DNA of 64,000 bases from Candidatus Sericytochromatia bacterium (GCA_036676985.1 JAKFBU010000026.1:128001-192000); one strand, 5' to 3'; counted from the first letter of the stretch, positions 40,840 through 51,349 are shown. Numbers and translations: made by a program. The notes: a model not told the origin generated them from the sequence alone.

Positions 40840-42110
40840 TCGACGCGACCGCCTCCGCCGCCCCCGCGCTTTCGAAGAGACCGCCCATGCGCCTCCTGTT
40901 CGTCACGCCCTACTTCCCGCCCGAGGTGGGAGCCCCCCAGTCGCGCCTCTACGAGCTCGCCGTGCGCCTGGTGCGGCGCGGCCACGCGGTGACGGTCCTG
41001 ACGGGCTTTCCCAACTACCCGTCGGGCGTGATCCCCCCCGAGTACCGGGGCAAGCGCCGCATGGACGAGGACATGGACGGCATCCGGGTGGTCCGCACCT
41101 GGATCTACGCCACGCCCAACCGCGGCTTCCTCAAGCGCATCCTCAACCACCTCTCCTTCATGGTGAGCGCCACCTGGACCGGGCTCGGCCTCGGCAAGAC
41201 GGACGCCCTCTTCGTGGAGAGCCCGCCCCTCTTCGACGGCCTGGCGGGCTGGGTGCTGTCGGTCGCCAAGCGCGCGCCCATGGTCTTCAACGTCGCCGAC
41301 CTCTGGCCCCAGTCGGCCGTGGAGCTCGGCATGGTCAAGAACCCGTTCCTCATCAAGGTGGCCGAGGGCATCGAGGAGTTCATCTACGCCCGCTCGGCCC
41401 GCATCGCGGCCGTCACGCGCGGCATCGAGCGCATCCTCGGCGAGCGGGGCTTCAGCCAGACGGTCTTCCTTCCGAACGGGGTGGACCTGGACCTCTTCAA
41501 GCCCGGCGATTCGGGGGCGGCGTTCCGGGCCCGGCACGGGCTGGAAGACCGCTTCCTCGTGGTCTACGCGGGCACCCACGGCCTCTCGCAGGGCCTGGAG
41601 GTGCTGGTCGAGGCCGGCCGGATCCTGGAGGCCAAGGGACTGCCCGTCACCTTCCTCCTGGTGGGCGACGGCTCCGAGAAGCCGCGCCTCATGGACCTCG
41701 CCAGGGGCGTTTCGGCGGTGCGGTTCCTCGACTCGCTGCCCAAGCGCGAGATCCCCGAGGTGGTGGCCGCCGCGGACGTCTACGCCGTGACGCTGAAGGA
41801 CCTGCCGCTCTTCCGGGGCGCGGTGCCCTCCAAGCTCTACGAGGCCATGTCGGCCGCCAAGCCCGTGGTGCTCGCCGCCTACGGCGAGGCCCCCGCCCTC
41901 TTGGCCGAGGCCGACGCGGGCCTGTCGGTGCCCCCCGAGAACCCGCCGGCCTTCGCCGAGGCCGTCGAGCGCCTCATGAACGACCCCGAGCTCGGACGCC
42001 GGCTCGGCGCCAACGGGCGTCGCCTGGTCGAGGAGCGCTACGACCGGGAGAAGCTCGCGGATCGCTTCGAGGCCGCGCTACAGGAGATCGTCCCCCATGC
42101 CGTCGGATGA
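40836..42110 (+). CDS. Glycosyltransferase family 4 (WbuB/WcaI-like)
   Basis: YFPPE.GA, PNYPSG, DLWP, YAGTHGLSQGL, PSKLYEAM. Confidence 0.92.
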   Translation: MIDATASAAPALSKRPPMRLLFVTPYFPPEVGAPQSRLYELAVRLVRRGHAVTVLTGFPNYPSGVIPPEYRGKRRMDEDMDGIRVVRTWIYATPNRGFLKRILNHLSFMVSATWTGLGLGKTDALFVESPPLFDGLAGWVLSVAKRAPMVFNVADLWPQSAVELGMVKNPFLIKVAEGIEEFIYARSARIAAVTRGIERILGERGFSQTVFLPNGVDLDLFKPGDSGAAFRARHGLEDRFLVVYAGTHGLSQGLEVLVEAGRILEAKGLPVTFLLVGDGSEKPRLMDLARGVSAVRFLDSLPKREIPEVVAAADVYAVTLKDLPLFRGAVPSKLYEAMSAAKPVVLAAYGEAPALLAEADAGLSVPPENPPAFAEAVERLMNDPELGRRLGANGRRLVEERYDREKLADRFEAALQEIVPHAVG

Positions 42111-42807
42111 GGTCGAGCGCATCCAGCGCGTCTACTCCGAGCGGGAGCGCAGCCTGCCCGCCGATCGCTACTCGTTCATGCGCTCGGGCAACCTGTACCG
42201 GGCCCAACGCCGCGAGCGGGCGCTCTTGGACCTCTTGGTGGCCGAGGGCTTCGAGGACCTCTCGGAGGCGACTGTCCTGGACGTGGGCTGCGGCACGGGC
42301 GACGACCTGCGCCAGCTCATCCGCTACGGGGCGAGCTCCGAGCGGGTCGTGGGCGTCGACGTGCTCACGGAGCGGCTCTCCCGGGCCCGGGACCTGTCGC
42401 CCCACATGCGCTTCGAGCTCATCGACGGCACGGCCCTGCCCTTTCCCGACGCGACGTTCGACCTGGTCATGCAGGCCACCGTCTTCTCGTCCATCCTCGA
42501 CCCCCACGTGCAGGAGCGGCTCGCCCAGGAGATGCGGCGCGTCGTCAAGCCCCTGGGGATGATCGTGTGGTACGATATGCGGGTCACCGACCCCCGAAAC
42601 CGGGATCTGGTGCCGATGAGCGGGGATCGCGTCCGCGCCCTCTTCCCCGACTGCGACGTGCGCCTGCACGCGACCACGCTCATGCCACCTCTCGCGCGCC
42701 GGCTGGCTCCTTTCAGCTGGACGCTCTGCCGGGCCCTCGAGGCGATTCCCGCCCTGCGCGGCCACTACCTGGGAGCGATCAGACCGCATGGAACGGCTCG
42801 TCCGTAA
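42097..42807 (+). CDS. Class I SAM methyltransferase in glycan operon
   Basis: VLDVGCGTG, LPFPDATFDLV, VFSSI. Confidence 0.9.
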   Translation: MPSDEVERIQRVYSERERSLPADRYSFMRSGNLYRAQRRERALLDLLVAEGFEDLSEATVLDVGCGTGDDLRQLIRYGASSERVVGVDVLTERLSRARDLSPHMRFELIDGTALPFPDATFDLVMQATVFSSILDPHVQERLAQEMRRVVKPLGMIVWYDMRVTDPRNRDLVPMSGDRVRALFPDCDVRLHATTLMPPLARRLAPFSWTLCRALEAIPALRGHYLGAIRPHGTARP

Positions 42808-44653
42808 CCTAAGACCCCTCGTCCCGATCCTCGACCTGGCGGTCGCTGCCCTCGCCTACTGGCTCGGGTTCTACCTGCGTTTCGACGGGGTCTTCCCGGA
42901 CGCCCACCTCACCCAGTTCTGGACCTTCTTCATCGTCATGCCCTTGATCCGGGTAGCGGCGAACGGCTTGTGGGGCCTCTACCGCCACGTGTGGCGCTAC
43001 ATCGGCGTGCGCGAGGCCATGGCCATCACGCTCGCCGTGACCACGGGCAGCGCCATCTTCTCCCTCCTGCTCTACGCCACCTCCAACGCTAGCTTCCCGC
43101 GCTCGGTCGTGTTCATCGAGGCGCTCCTGAGCCTGCTCCTCCTGGGCGGCGTGCGCTTCGCCATGCGCTTCTGGGCCGAGATGGGCCCGGCGCCGAAGTC
43201 GACCGCCGCCACCCGCACCCTCGTGGTGGGGGCGGGCGATGCGGGCGAGATGCTCGTCCGCGACATGGTGCGCCACCCCGATCGGGGCCTCCTGCCGGTC
43301 GGCTTCGTGGACGATCGGCCCGAGAAGCGCGGCCTGCGCATCCACGGCGTGGAGGTGCTGGGCACGCGCCACGACCTGCCCGCCCTGGTCGAGCGCCTCA
43401 AGGCGGACCTCGTCGTGGTGGCCATGCCGAGCGCGCCCCAGCGGGACCAGAAGGAGATCCTGCGGCTCGCCACTGCGACCCCCGCGCGGGTCCAGATCAT
43501 CCCGGCCCTGCACGAGATCCTGCGCGGGACCGTCTCCATCAGCCAGCTGCGCGACATCTCCATCGAGGACCTCCTGGGCCGCGACCCGGTGGTGGTCGAC
43601 GCGGAGCTGTTGACCTACCTCATGGGCCGCCGGGTGCTCGTCTCGGGTGCGGGCGGGTCCATCGGCTCCGAGCTGTGCCGCCAGGTGGCCGCCCAGGGGC
43701 CCGAGCGCCTGGTGCTCTTCGACCACGCCGAGAACCTCATCTACCAGATCGAGCAGGAGCTCTCGGGGCGCCATCCGGACCTGAACCTGGTGCCCGTCAT
43801 CGGGGACATGCGCGATCGGGTCCGGGTGGAGGCCGTCTTCGCCGAGCACCGCCCCGAGGTGGTGCTGCACGCGGCCGCGCACAAGCACGTGCCCCTCATG
43901 GAGCACAACCCCGTCGAGGCGGCCGCCAACAACGTGCTCGGCACCCGCAACCTGGTCCAGGTCGCGGACGAGACGGGGGTCGCGTACTTCGTCGTCATCT
44001 CGACGGACAAGGCCGTGCGGCCCACCTCGGTGATGGGCAAGACCAAGCGCCTGAGCGAGCTGGTGGTCCAGGACGTGGCCGCCCGGAGCCAGACCAAGTT
44101 CGTGGCGGTGCGCTTCGGCAACGTGCTCGGCTCCAGCGGCAGCGTGGTGCCCCTCTTCCGCAAGCAGATCGCCCAGGGCGGCCCCATCACGGTCACGCAC
44201 CCGGAGATGACGCGCTACTTCATGACCATCCCCGAGGCCGTGACGCTGGTGCTGCAGGCGGCCACCCTCGGCCATTCGGGCGAGGTCCTGATGCTCGACA
44301 TGGGCGAGCCCGTGAAGATCCTCGACCTCGCGCGCAACATGATCAAGCTCTCGGGCCTCACCGAAGACGACGTGGAGATCGTCTTCAGCGGCATCCGCCC
44401 GGGCGAGAAGCTCTTCGAGGAGCTGCTCATCACCTCGGAAGGAACCCGGCCCACCGAGCATCCCCAGGTCTTCGCGGCCAAGGCTCCCCTGCCGCCCGAG
44501 CCCACGTGGTGGTCGGGCGTGCTCGGGGATCTGTCGGAGGCCATCCGCAGCCAGGACGGCCCGGTGGTCCGCCGCATCCTCGACTCCGTCATCGAGCGGG
44601 ACGGCCCCGCGCCCGCCGAGCGTCCCACCACGTCCGAACTGCGCCCGTCCTAG
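42788..44653 (+). CDS. UDP-GlcNAc 4,6-dehydratase (PglF/CapD/WbpM family)
   Basis: N-terminal TMs, GAGDAG, GAGGSIGSEL, HAAAHKHVP, ISTDKAV, RFGNVLGS. Confidence 0.95.
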   Translation: MERLVRNLRPLVPILDLAVAALAYWLGFYLRFDGVFPDAHLTQFWTFFIVMPLIRVAANGLWGLYRHVWRYIGVREAMAITLAVTTGSAIFSLLLYATSNASFPRSVVFIEALLSLLLLGGVRFAMRFWAEMGPAPKSTAATRTLVVGAGDAGEMLVRDMVRHPDRGLLPVGFVDDRPEKRGLRIHGVEVLGTRHDLPALVERLKADLVVVAMPSAPQRDQKEILRLATATPARVQIIPALHEILRGTVSISQLRDISIEDLLGRDPVVVDAELLTYLMGRRVLVSGAGGSIGSELCRQVAAQGPERLVLFDHAENLIYQIEQELSGRHPDLNLVPVIGDMRDRVRVEAVFAEHRPEVVLHAAAHKHVPLMEHNPVEAAANNVLGTRNLVQVADETGVAYFVVISTDKAVRPTSVMGKTKRLSELVVQDVAARSQTKFVAVRFGNVLGSSGSVVPLFRKQIAQGGPITVTHPEMTRYFMTIPEAVTLVLQAATLGHSGEVLMLDMGEPVKILDLARNMIKLSGLTEDDVEIVFSGIRPGEKLFEELLITSEGTRPTEHPQVFAAKAPLPPEPTWWSGVLGDLSEAIRSQDGPVVRRILDSVIERDGPAPAERPTTSELRPS

Positions 44654-44716
44654 TCCCCACAACCCTTCCGTTCGCCTTGAGCCTGGTCGAAAGGTGAACG
44701 GTTCCTTGGAGGCCCC

Positions 44717-45895
44717 ATGCTGGAGACGACCCACGAGACCATTCCCTTCGCCCTGCCGCTGGTCGGCGAGGAGGAGATCCAGGCGGTGACCGAGGTCCTG
44801 CGGAGCGGCTGGTTGACGACCGGGCCCAAGACCAAGGAGTTCGAGGCGGCGATCGCCTCCTACGTGGGAGCCCCGCACGCCATCGCCCTCAACTCCTGCA
44901 CCGCCGCCCTGCACCTGGCCCATGCCGTCACGGGCGTGGGCCCCGGCGACGAGGTGGTGACGACCCCCCTCACCTTCTGCGCGACCCTGAACACGGTCAT
45001 GCACGTGGGGGCCAAGCCGGTGCTCGCGGACGTGGATCCCCTGAGCCTCAACCTGTCGGCCGAGGGCGTGGAGCGGGTGCTCACGGCCGACACCAAGGCC
45101 GTGGTGCCCGTGCACTACGCGGGCAACCCGGTGGACCTGGATCCGCTCATGGAGCTTTCGCGCGCCAAGGGCCTGATGGTCACGGACGACGCGGCGCATG
45201 CCATCGGCACCAAGTACAAGGGCCAGCTGGTGGGGGCGCTGACGGACTTCACGGCCTTCTCGTTCTATGCGACCAAGAACCTCGCGACGGGCGAGGGCGG
45301 CATGCTGACGACCCGGCATGCGGAGCTTGCCGACCGCGCGCGGGTGATGGGCCTGCACGGCATGAGCCGCGACGCGTGGAAGCGCTACAGCGGCGCGGGC
45401 AGCTGGTTCTACCAGGTCGAGGAGGCCGGCTTCAAGTACAACATGACGGACCTCGCGGCGGTGATCGGGCTCGCGCAGCTGGCGCGGTTCGAGGCCATGC
45501 AGGCGCGCCGCGAGGCGATCGTGGCGCGCTACATGGAGGCCTTCGCGGGGCATCCGGCCCTGCAGCTGCCGCCCGTGGCGGACGCGGCCCGCGGGGACGT
45601 CCATGCCTGGCACCTGTACGTGCTGCGGATCCGCCCCGAGGCCCTGACCATCGGACGGGACCAGTTCATCGAGGAGCTGAAGGCGCTCGGGGTGCTGACG
45701 TCGGTGCACTTCATCCCGGCGTCGTACCACCCGATCTACCAGCGGGAGCTCGGGCTGAAGCCCGGGGACTTCCCGGTGGCCGAGGACGCCTACCTCCGGA
45801 TGGTCTCGCTGCCGCTCTACCCGGGCCTCACCGACGCCCAGGTGGAGGCCGTGTGCGAGCGGGTGCTCGCGGTGGCCGAGCGGTTCCGCCGCTAA
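44717..45895 (+). CDS. DegT/DnrJ/EryC1/StrS sugar aminotransferase
   Basis: NSCTAALH, DAAHA, FSFYATKNL.TGEGGM. Confidence 0.95.
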   Translation: MLETTHETIPFALPLVGEEEIQAVTEVLRSGWLTTGPKTKEFEAAIASYVGAPHAIALNSCTAALHLAHAVTGVGPGDEVVTTPLTFCATLNTVMHVGAKPVLADVDPLSLNLSAEGVERVLTADTKAVVPVHYAGNPVDLDPLMELSRAKGLMVTDDAAHAIGTKYKGQLVGALTDFTAFSFYATKNLATGEGGMLTTRHAELADRARVMGLHGMSRDAWKRYSGAGSWFYQVEEAGFKYNMTDLAAVIGLAQLARFEAMQARREAIVARYMEAFAGHPALQLPPVADAARGDVHAWHLYVLRIRPEALTIGRDQFIEELKALGVLTSVHFIPASYHPIYQRELGLKPGDFPVAEDAYLRMVSLPLYPGLTDAQVEAVCERVLAVAERFRR

Positions 45896-46467
45896 TGTAC
45901 CGGGCGATCAAGCGACTGGTCGACATCCTGGGGGCGCTGGCGCTCCTGGTGGTGCTCGGGCCGATCATGATCCTGGCGGCGATCGCCATCCCCCTCGACT
46001 CGCCGGGCAGCCCCCTCTTCACCCAGGCGCGCGTGGGCCGGGGCGGCCGCCCCTTCCGGATCTACAAGTTCCGCTCCATGCGCCCGGACGCCCCGAGCGC
46101 CGGCCCCGTCCTCACGCAGGTGGGCGACCCGCGCATCACCCGGCTCGGGCGCTTCCTGCGCCGGACCTCCATCGACGAGTTCCCGCAGCTCTTCAACATT
46201 CTCAAGGGCGACATGAGCTTCATCGGGCCCCGGCCCGAGGTGCCCTCCATCGTCGAGGCCGAGTGGAGCGAGGACGACAAGGCCAAGGTCCTCTCGGTGC
46301 TGCCGGGGCTTTCCGGCTGGGCCCAGATCCACGGGCGCGACGACCTGGACATCCCCACCAAGCTCCGCTTCGACCGCGAGTACTCCGAGCGGATCTCGCC
46401 CTGGCTCGACCTCCAGATCCTCGTCCGCACCCCGCTCCTCCTGCTCACCGGGCGCGGCATCAAGTAA
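45895..46467 (+). CDS. Monotopic undecaprenyl-phosphate phosphoglycosyltransferase (PglC/WcaJ-C-like)
   Basis: KRLVD, KFRSM, DPRIT..G..LR..SIDE.PQ, GDMS..GPRP. Confidence 0.95.
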   Translation: MYRAIKRLVDILGALALLVVLGPIMILAAIAIPLDSPGSPLFTQARVGRGGRPFRIYKFRSMRPDAPSAGPVLTQVGDPRITRLGRFLRRTSIDEFPQLFNILKGDMSFIGPRPEVPSIVEAEWSEDDKAKVLSVLPGLSGWAQIHGRDDLDIPTKLRFDREYSERISPWLDLQILVRTPLLLLTGRGIK

Positions 46468-46499
46468 AAAGGCCCGGCACCCCAGGGTGCCGGGCCTTT
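46466..46499. terminator. Bidirectional terminator between the two glycan operons
   Basis: AAAAAGGCCCGGCACCC-CA-GGGTGCCGGGCCTTT. Confidence 0.85.
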
Positions 46500-46502
46500 C
46501 CC

Positions 46503-48020
46503 TCACTCCGCCTCGATGGCCGGCGCCCGCCGCCCGAAGGGCAGCTTGGCCCGAACGGCTCCGATGAGCGCTCGATCCTCCGGCGTGAGCATGCCCGCGC
46601 CCGTGAGCGTCATGACAAAGGCCACGAGCCCCACCAGGGGCCCCAGGAAGAGGGCCACCAGGGGCGGCGTCCAGTGGGTCACGGCGTAGACCGGCACCCC
46701 CATCACCAGCGCCGCCATCAGGATCTGCAGCACCACGGCCACCGGAGCCCGGGCCCCGATCTTGTCGTGCGCGGCCCGCAGGCCCGGCAGGAGGCTCGCG
46801 AGCTGGGCCGCGGCACAGCTCGCCACCGCCCCCCACGCCCCGAAGCGCGGGATCAAGAGGAAGCCCATCAGGACGTTGAGCGCCGAGATCCAGAGCCCGA
46901 TCTTCACGAGCCGCGTCTGGCCGTCGGTCGCATACAGCACGCTCGAGGCCGGAAAGCCGTAGATCATCACGAGCGCGTTGGCCGCGAGCAGCACGCCCAA
47001 GAGGGCCGCCACGGGCTCGTAGCCCGGGCCGTAGAGGACGTTCACCAGGGCCGGCGCGACGAGGGCTCCGCCCACGGCCACCGGCAGGGCCAGCATGGCC
47101 ATGTACCGGCAGCTCAGGGCGAAGATGCGCCGCACGCCCTCCGCGTCGCCGGCCCCCACCGAGCGCGAGAGGTTCGGGATCAACAGCCCGATCAGCGTCC
47201 CGGGGATGAGCTTCATGGCCATGTTGGCGAGCGTGAAGGCCATGCCGTAGAAGGCGACCTCCTTGGCCGGAGCGTAGGCCCCGAGGAAGAAGACCTCCGA
47301 GCGCTGCCAGACGATGGCGTCCAGCATCAGCATCACGAAGACCGGCCCCTGGTAGGTCCGCATGGCGCGCATGTGCTCGGGCGTGAGCGTGGCCCGGTAC
47401 CAGTCCGGCCGCCAGCGGGTCAGGAGGATCATGTAGGCGAGCGCGCCGATGCCCGCGCTGAAGCCCGTCGCGGACAGCAATCCGACGATGCCCCAGCCGT
47501 TGACGATGGCGACGCCCGTGCCCGCGAGCGTGCAGCCCACGGTGATGCCCGTGACGAGCGCCACCTGGTCGTAGCGCTGCAACGCCTGGCAGGCCGCCAT
47601 GTAGAGCGAGACGAGCGCCGTCGGGATGACGGCCACGGCGCCCGCCATGAGCGCGAGCCCCAGGTCCGGCTCGTTGAAGTGGCGCGTGGCCCAGGGGGCC
47701 GCCAGGATGAGCAGCCCCGAGACCAAAAAGCCGAACACGAGCACCTGGCGGCTCGAGAAGGCGAGCACGCCCGCGGCCTCGGCGGGATCGTCGCGCCCCA
47801 GGCTCTCGGCCATGTACTTCATGGTGGCCGTGACGTAGCCCAGGTTGGCGAAGAGCCCGGCGATGCCGATGAGCCAGGTCAAGAGGGTGTAGTGGCCCAT
47901 GCCGTCCGGGGACAGCACGCGGGCCACCAGGGCCGTGACGCCCACCCCCAATAAGGAGGTGAGCGCGATGGTCACGAAGTTGAAGAGGGTGTGGCGGGCG
48001 ACCTTAGTCGGTGCAGGCAT
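46503..48020 (-). CDS. Wzx-type oligosaccharide flippase
   Basis: ARVLSPDGMGHY, 12-14 TM, LIPRFGAWGA. Confidence 0.9.
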   Translation of the reverse strand: MPAPTKVARHTLFNFVTIALTSLLGVGVTALVARVLSPDGMGHYTLLTWLIGIAGLFANLGYVTATMKYMAESLGRDDPAEAAGVLAFSSRQVLVFGFLVSGLLILAAPWATRHFNEPDLGLALMAGAVAVIPTALVSLYMAACQALQRYDQVALVTGITVGCTLAGTGVAIVNGWGIVGLLSATGFSAGIGALAYMILLTRWRPDWYRATLTPEHMRAMRTYQGPVFVMLMLDAIVWQRSEVFFLGAYAPAKEVAFYGMAFTLANMAMKLIPGTLIGLLIPNLSRSVGAGDAEGVRRIFALSCRYMAMLALPVAVGGALVAPALVNVLYGPGYEPVAALLGVLLAANALVMIYGFPASSVLYATDGQTRLVKIGLWISALNVLMGFLLIPRFGAWGAVASCAAAQLASLLPGLRAAHDKIGARAPVAVVLQILMAALVMGVPVYAVTHWTPPLVALFLGPLVGLVAFVMTLTGAGMLTPEDRALIGAVRAKLPFGRRAPAIEAE

Positions 48021-48621
48021 AGGACCTCTCGTCGATGGGGAGCTGCTGGATGACGCGGGCGGGCACTCCGGCGAGCACGCAGCCCGCGGGGAAGGAGCGG
48101 GTGACGACGGCGTTGGCCCCGACCACGCACCCGTCGCCCAAGGAGACGCCCTTGAGCAGGGTGACGCCGGCGCCGAGCCAGACGTTGTTGCCGAGCCGGA
48201 TGGTCGAGACCCGGTAGCCCTGATCGGCCACCGGCACGTCCGGATGCTCGAAGCGGTGGTCGTGGTCGCGGATGCTCACGCGCTCGGCCAGGAGGCAGTC
48301 ATCCCCGATGATGACCTCCTCGAAGACGGACAGCGTCGACCAGGCCCCGATGAGGACGCGCTTGCCGATGGTGAGCTTGCCGTCCACCTTGAGCTCGGCG
48401 CCCGTGCGGATGGTGCTCATCTCGCCGACGCGCACCCGGCCCGTCGAGCCGATCCGCCAGATGACGCCACGCTCGACCCGCGTGCCCTCGCCAATCGTCA
48501 GGCGATCGCCGAGCTCCGCCTGCAGGAGCATGAGCTGCGCCCGGTCTCTCCAGGCGGCAACCCGGCGATCCCAGTAGGCGATGCCGGTGATGACAGGAAC
48601 CATGGGGGCGGGGATGTTCAT
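48004..48621 (-). CDS. Hexapeptide-repeat (LbH) acyltransferase
   Basis: Repeated IG..(T/V/C) hexapeptides, DHDH, GANAVVT, AGVPAR. Confidence 0.92.
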   Translation of the reverse strand: MNIPAPMVPVITGIAYWDRRVAAWRDRAQLMLLQAELGDRLTIGEGTRVERGVIWRIGSTGRVRVGEMSTIRTGAELKVDGKLTIGKRVLIGAWSTLSVFEEVIIGDDCLLAERVSIRDHDHRFEHPDVPVADQGYRVSTIRLGNNVWLGAGVTLLKGVSLGDGCVVGANAVVTRSFPAGCVLAGVPARVIQQLPIDERSYACTD

Positions 48622-49847
48622 GCAAGCGTCCTCCGACTAGGCGATGTGTGGGGGAACCGGGTGGCGATCGCCCGCCCGTAGCACTCCACGGTGCGCCGGG
48701 CGATCGCCGTGTTTTCGAAGGAGGTGGCCACGTGCTCCCGCGCGCGGCTGCCCATCATGCGGCGCATGGTGCCGTCTGACGCCATGCGCACGAGCATGCG
48801 CGCGAGGTCATGGGGATCCTCCGGTCGAACCAGAAAGCCGTGCCGTCCCTCCTCGACGATCTCGGGCACGCCGCCCGAGCGACAGCCGATGACAGGACGA
48901 CCGCAGGCCATGGCTTCGAGGTAGACGAGCCCGAAGGGCTCGAGGCGACTGGGCGCCACCAGGAAGTCGGAGCCGGCGTAGAGCGCGGGCAGCTCGCCGT
49001 GGGGCCGGGCCCCGAGCCAGTGCACCCGATCCGCGAGGCCCGCTGCGGAGAGCTCGGCCTCGAGCCGGTCGCGGAGGCTCCCGCCGCCGTCGGCCGTCTG
49101 GGTGTCCGCGCCCGCCACGGCCAGGTGCAGGTAGGGTACCTGCGCGCTCGCGGCCTGGAAGGCCGCCACCAGCGTGTCGATGCCCTTGCGCCGCTCGATG
49201 CGGCCCGCAAACAGGCCGAGCACGTGGTGGGCGGGCACGCCCAGGCGCTCCTTGAGATCGGCGCCGCGCCGCGGCTTGAAGCGCTCCAGGTCCACCCCCA
49301 GGGGCAGGACCTCGATCCGCGAGCGCGGGATGGCATAGTCTTCGGCCAAGGTGTCCGCCAGGCTGCGGCTGTTGGCGAGGAGCATGGCCGCGCGCCGCAG
49401 GGCCCGGGCCTCCAGGAAGGCGGCGAGCCGGGCGTCGGCCGTCATGGGCAGGCCGTTGAGGCGGCGCACCAGGGCGAGATGGGTGTGCAGGCGCAAGACC
49501 AGGGGCGGCAGGCCGCCCCGGTCCATGAAGAGCGCGCCTGCCATCCACTCGGGCACCTCGACCACGTCGAAGGGCCGCTCGGCGTGGAGGCTCCGGAGCG
49601 CACGCCCGGCAGCGACCGCCCAGGGCAGCATGCCCATGGTCACGCCCCAGAAGCGGTTGAAGGCGGGAAGCCGGTAGCTCCGGGGCACGTCGAGCCGGAC
49701 CTCGTCGGGCTCTTCGGGCTGGTCGGAGGAGGGCAGGAGGATCTGGACCTCATGCCCGAGGCCGCGTAGGCCTCGGGCGAGGTTCCCGGTATAGGTGCCG
49801 ATCCCCCCGACGCCGATGGGCTCGGGGGAGAGGAGGGCGACGCGCAT
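48618..49847 (-). CDS. Glycosyltransferase family 4
   Basis: GGIGTYT, GRIERRKG, EPFGLVYLEAMACG. Confidence 0.93.
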   Translation of the reverse strand: MRVALLSPEPIGVGGIGTYTGNLARGLRGLGHEVQILLPSSDQPEEPDEVRLDVPRSYRLPAFNRFWGVTMGMLPWAVAAGRALRSLHAERPFDVVEVPEWMAGALFMDRGGLPPLVLRLHTHLALVRRLNGLPMTADARLAAFLEARALRRAAMLLANSRSLADTLAEDYAIPRSRIEVLPLGVDLERFKPRRGADLKERLGVPAHHVLGLFAGRIERRKGIDTLVAAFQAASAQVPYLHLAVAGADTQTADGGGSLRDRLEAELSAAGLADRVHWLGARPHGELPALYAGSDFLVAPSRLEPFGLVYLEAMACGRPVIGCRSGGVPEIVEEGRHGFLVRPEDPHDLARMLVRMASDGTMRRMMGSRAREHVATSFENTAIARRTVECYGRAIATRFPHTSPSRRTLA

Positions 49848-51337
49848 CAGCTCACCCCGGCGAGGTTCTGGTTCGCCGGGTTGCGCTTGGCGGCCTCGCG
49901 GGCGTACTGGAACGTCCAGTTGGTCGGCGCGTGCCAGGCGGCATGCTTGGCCACCTTGAGGGCCTCGATGGCCTTGGCGAAGAAGCCGCGCGCCTCGGAG
50001 TAGCCTCGCGTGCGGCGGGTCAGCTCGAGCTCGCCCTGGGCCCACTTGTAGGCGAGGCGCACCATGGGCTTGTCGAGGTAGCGGGTGCGCACCACGCAGG
50101 CCGTGCCGCCCAGGTCGTGGTAGTCGGTCTTGCGGTCCACGTGCCCCATGGTCTCGGCCTCGGTGCGGTAGACCGTGCCCAGGTACGGCGTCATCAAGGA
50201 GACGGAGTAGTTCATGGGCAGGTGCTGGGCGAGCCGCACGGTCGCGACCACGCTCTCGAAGGACTCGGAGGTCGAGCCCACGACCATGAAGCCCGTCAGC
50301 TCGATGCCGAGCTCCTTGCAGAGCTCCACGTTCTTGAGCGTGAGCTTGAGGGCGTCGGGGTGCTGGTGGATCTCGCGGAGGATGGTGGGATCCGCCGACT
50401 CGATGCCCGTCATGAGGCGCTTGAGACCGCCCTTGGCGAGGAGCTTGATGGTCTCGGCGTCCAGGCTCTCGAGGTCGGTCTCGATGACCCACTTGAAGCC
50501 GTACCGGCGCTCGGACATGGCCTCGGCGATGGCGCGCAGGCGCTTTTTCACAAGCCCGATGTTCGGGTCGCGGGCCTGCAGGAAGACGGCCCCCATGGTC
50601 TTGAGGTAGTCGAGCTCAGCGAGCACGCTCTCGAGGGACCGGGCACGCCACGGGCCGCCCTGGTGCACGTAGTACGGGCACATGGAGCAGGCCTTGGGGC
50701 AGCCGCGGCTCGAGAGGATGTAGTAGGTCGCCCCCTCGGCGGTGCCGTCCGGGCTGTAGCGTCGCATGTCGACCAGGTGCCAGGCCGGGAAGGGCAGGCT
50801 ATCCAGGTCCTTGGCATCCTGGAGGAGCCAGCCCACGGGCGCGAAGGGCACCTGTGGGGTCCAGACGTGCATGTTGTGGGTGCCCGCAAGGAAGTCGCCG
50901 ATGAGCGCCTCGGGCTCGCCGAAGAACACGCCGTCCAGCCCGCAGTCCTGGATCCACTGCTCGTGGGTGGTCTGGACGACGTTGCCGAACACGAAGACCC
51001 GGCGCTCCGGGTGCGCGCTCTTGATGAGCCTGGCGAGCGTGAGGTCCTCTTGCAGGCTGGGCAGGCTGAGCCGCACGCCGATCACGTCGGGGGCGGCCTG
51101 GTCCAGCTTGAGCAGGAGGGCCGTGCGCTTGATCTTCTCGGCGCAGGCGTCGGTGATGGCGACCTCGGCTCCCGCCTTCTCGGCGACCGCCGCGGCGTAC
51201 ATGAGGTCCATGGGCGGAGTGAAGGCCCGGTACCGGTAACGGCGGTTGATGGGGAACATGGTGCCGAGGCCGCCGGCCTTGTCCCGGTCGCTGATGTAGC
51301 CCGGAATCTCGGGAGGGTTGATCAGGTGGACGCGCAT
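49847..51337 (-). CDS. B12-binding domain radical SAM protein (BchE/HpnJ-like, class B)
   Basis: N-terminal LINPP...PP..L.Y.AA, LDSLPFPAW, SRGCPKACSMC, GIES. Confidence 0.88.
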   Translation of the reverse strand: MRVHLINPPEIPGYISDRDKAGGLGTMFPINRRYRYRAFTPPMDLMYAAAVAEKAGAEVAITDACAEKIKRTALLLKLDQAAPDVIGVRLSLPSLQEDLTLARLIKSAHPERRVFVFGNVVQTTHEQWIQDCGLDGVFFGEPEALIGDFLAGTHNMHVWTPQVPFAPVGWLLQDAKDLDSLPFPAWHLVDMRRYSPDGTAEGATYYILSSRGCPKACSMCPYYVHQGGPWRARSLESVLAELDYLKTMGAVFLQARDPNIGLVKKRLRAIAEAMSERRYGFKWVIETDLESLDAETIKLLAKGGLKRLMTGIESADPTILREIHQHPDALKLTLKNVELCKELGIELTGFMVVGSTSESFESVVATVRLAQHLPMNYSVSLMTPYLGTVYRTEAETMGHVDRKTDYHDLGGTACVVRTRYLDKPMVRLAYKWAQGELELTRRTRGYSEARGFFAKAIEALKVAKHAAWHAPTNWTFQYAREAAKRNPANQNLAGVS

Positions 51338-51349
51338 GGGGCCTCCTTC

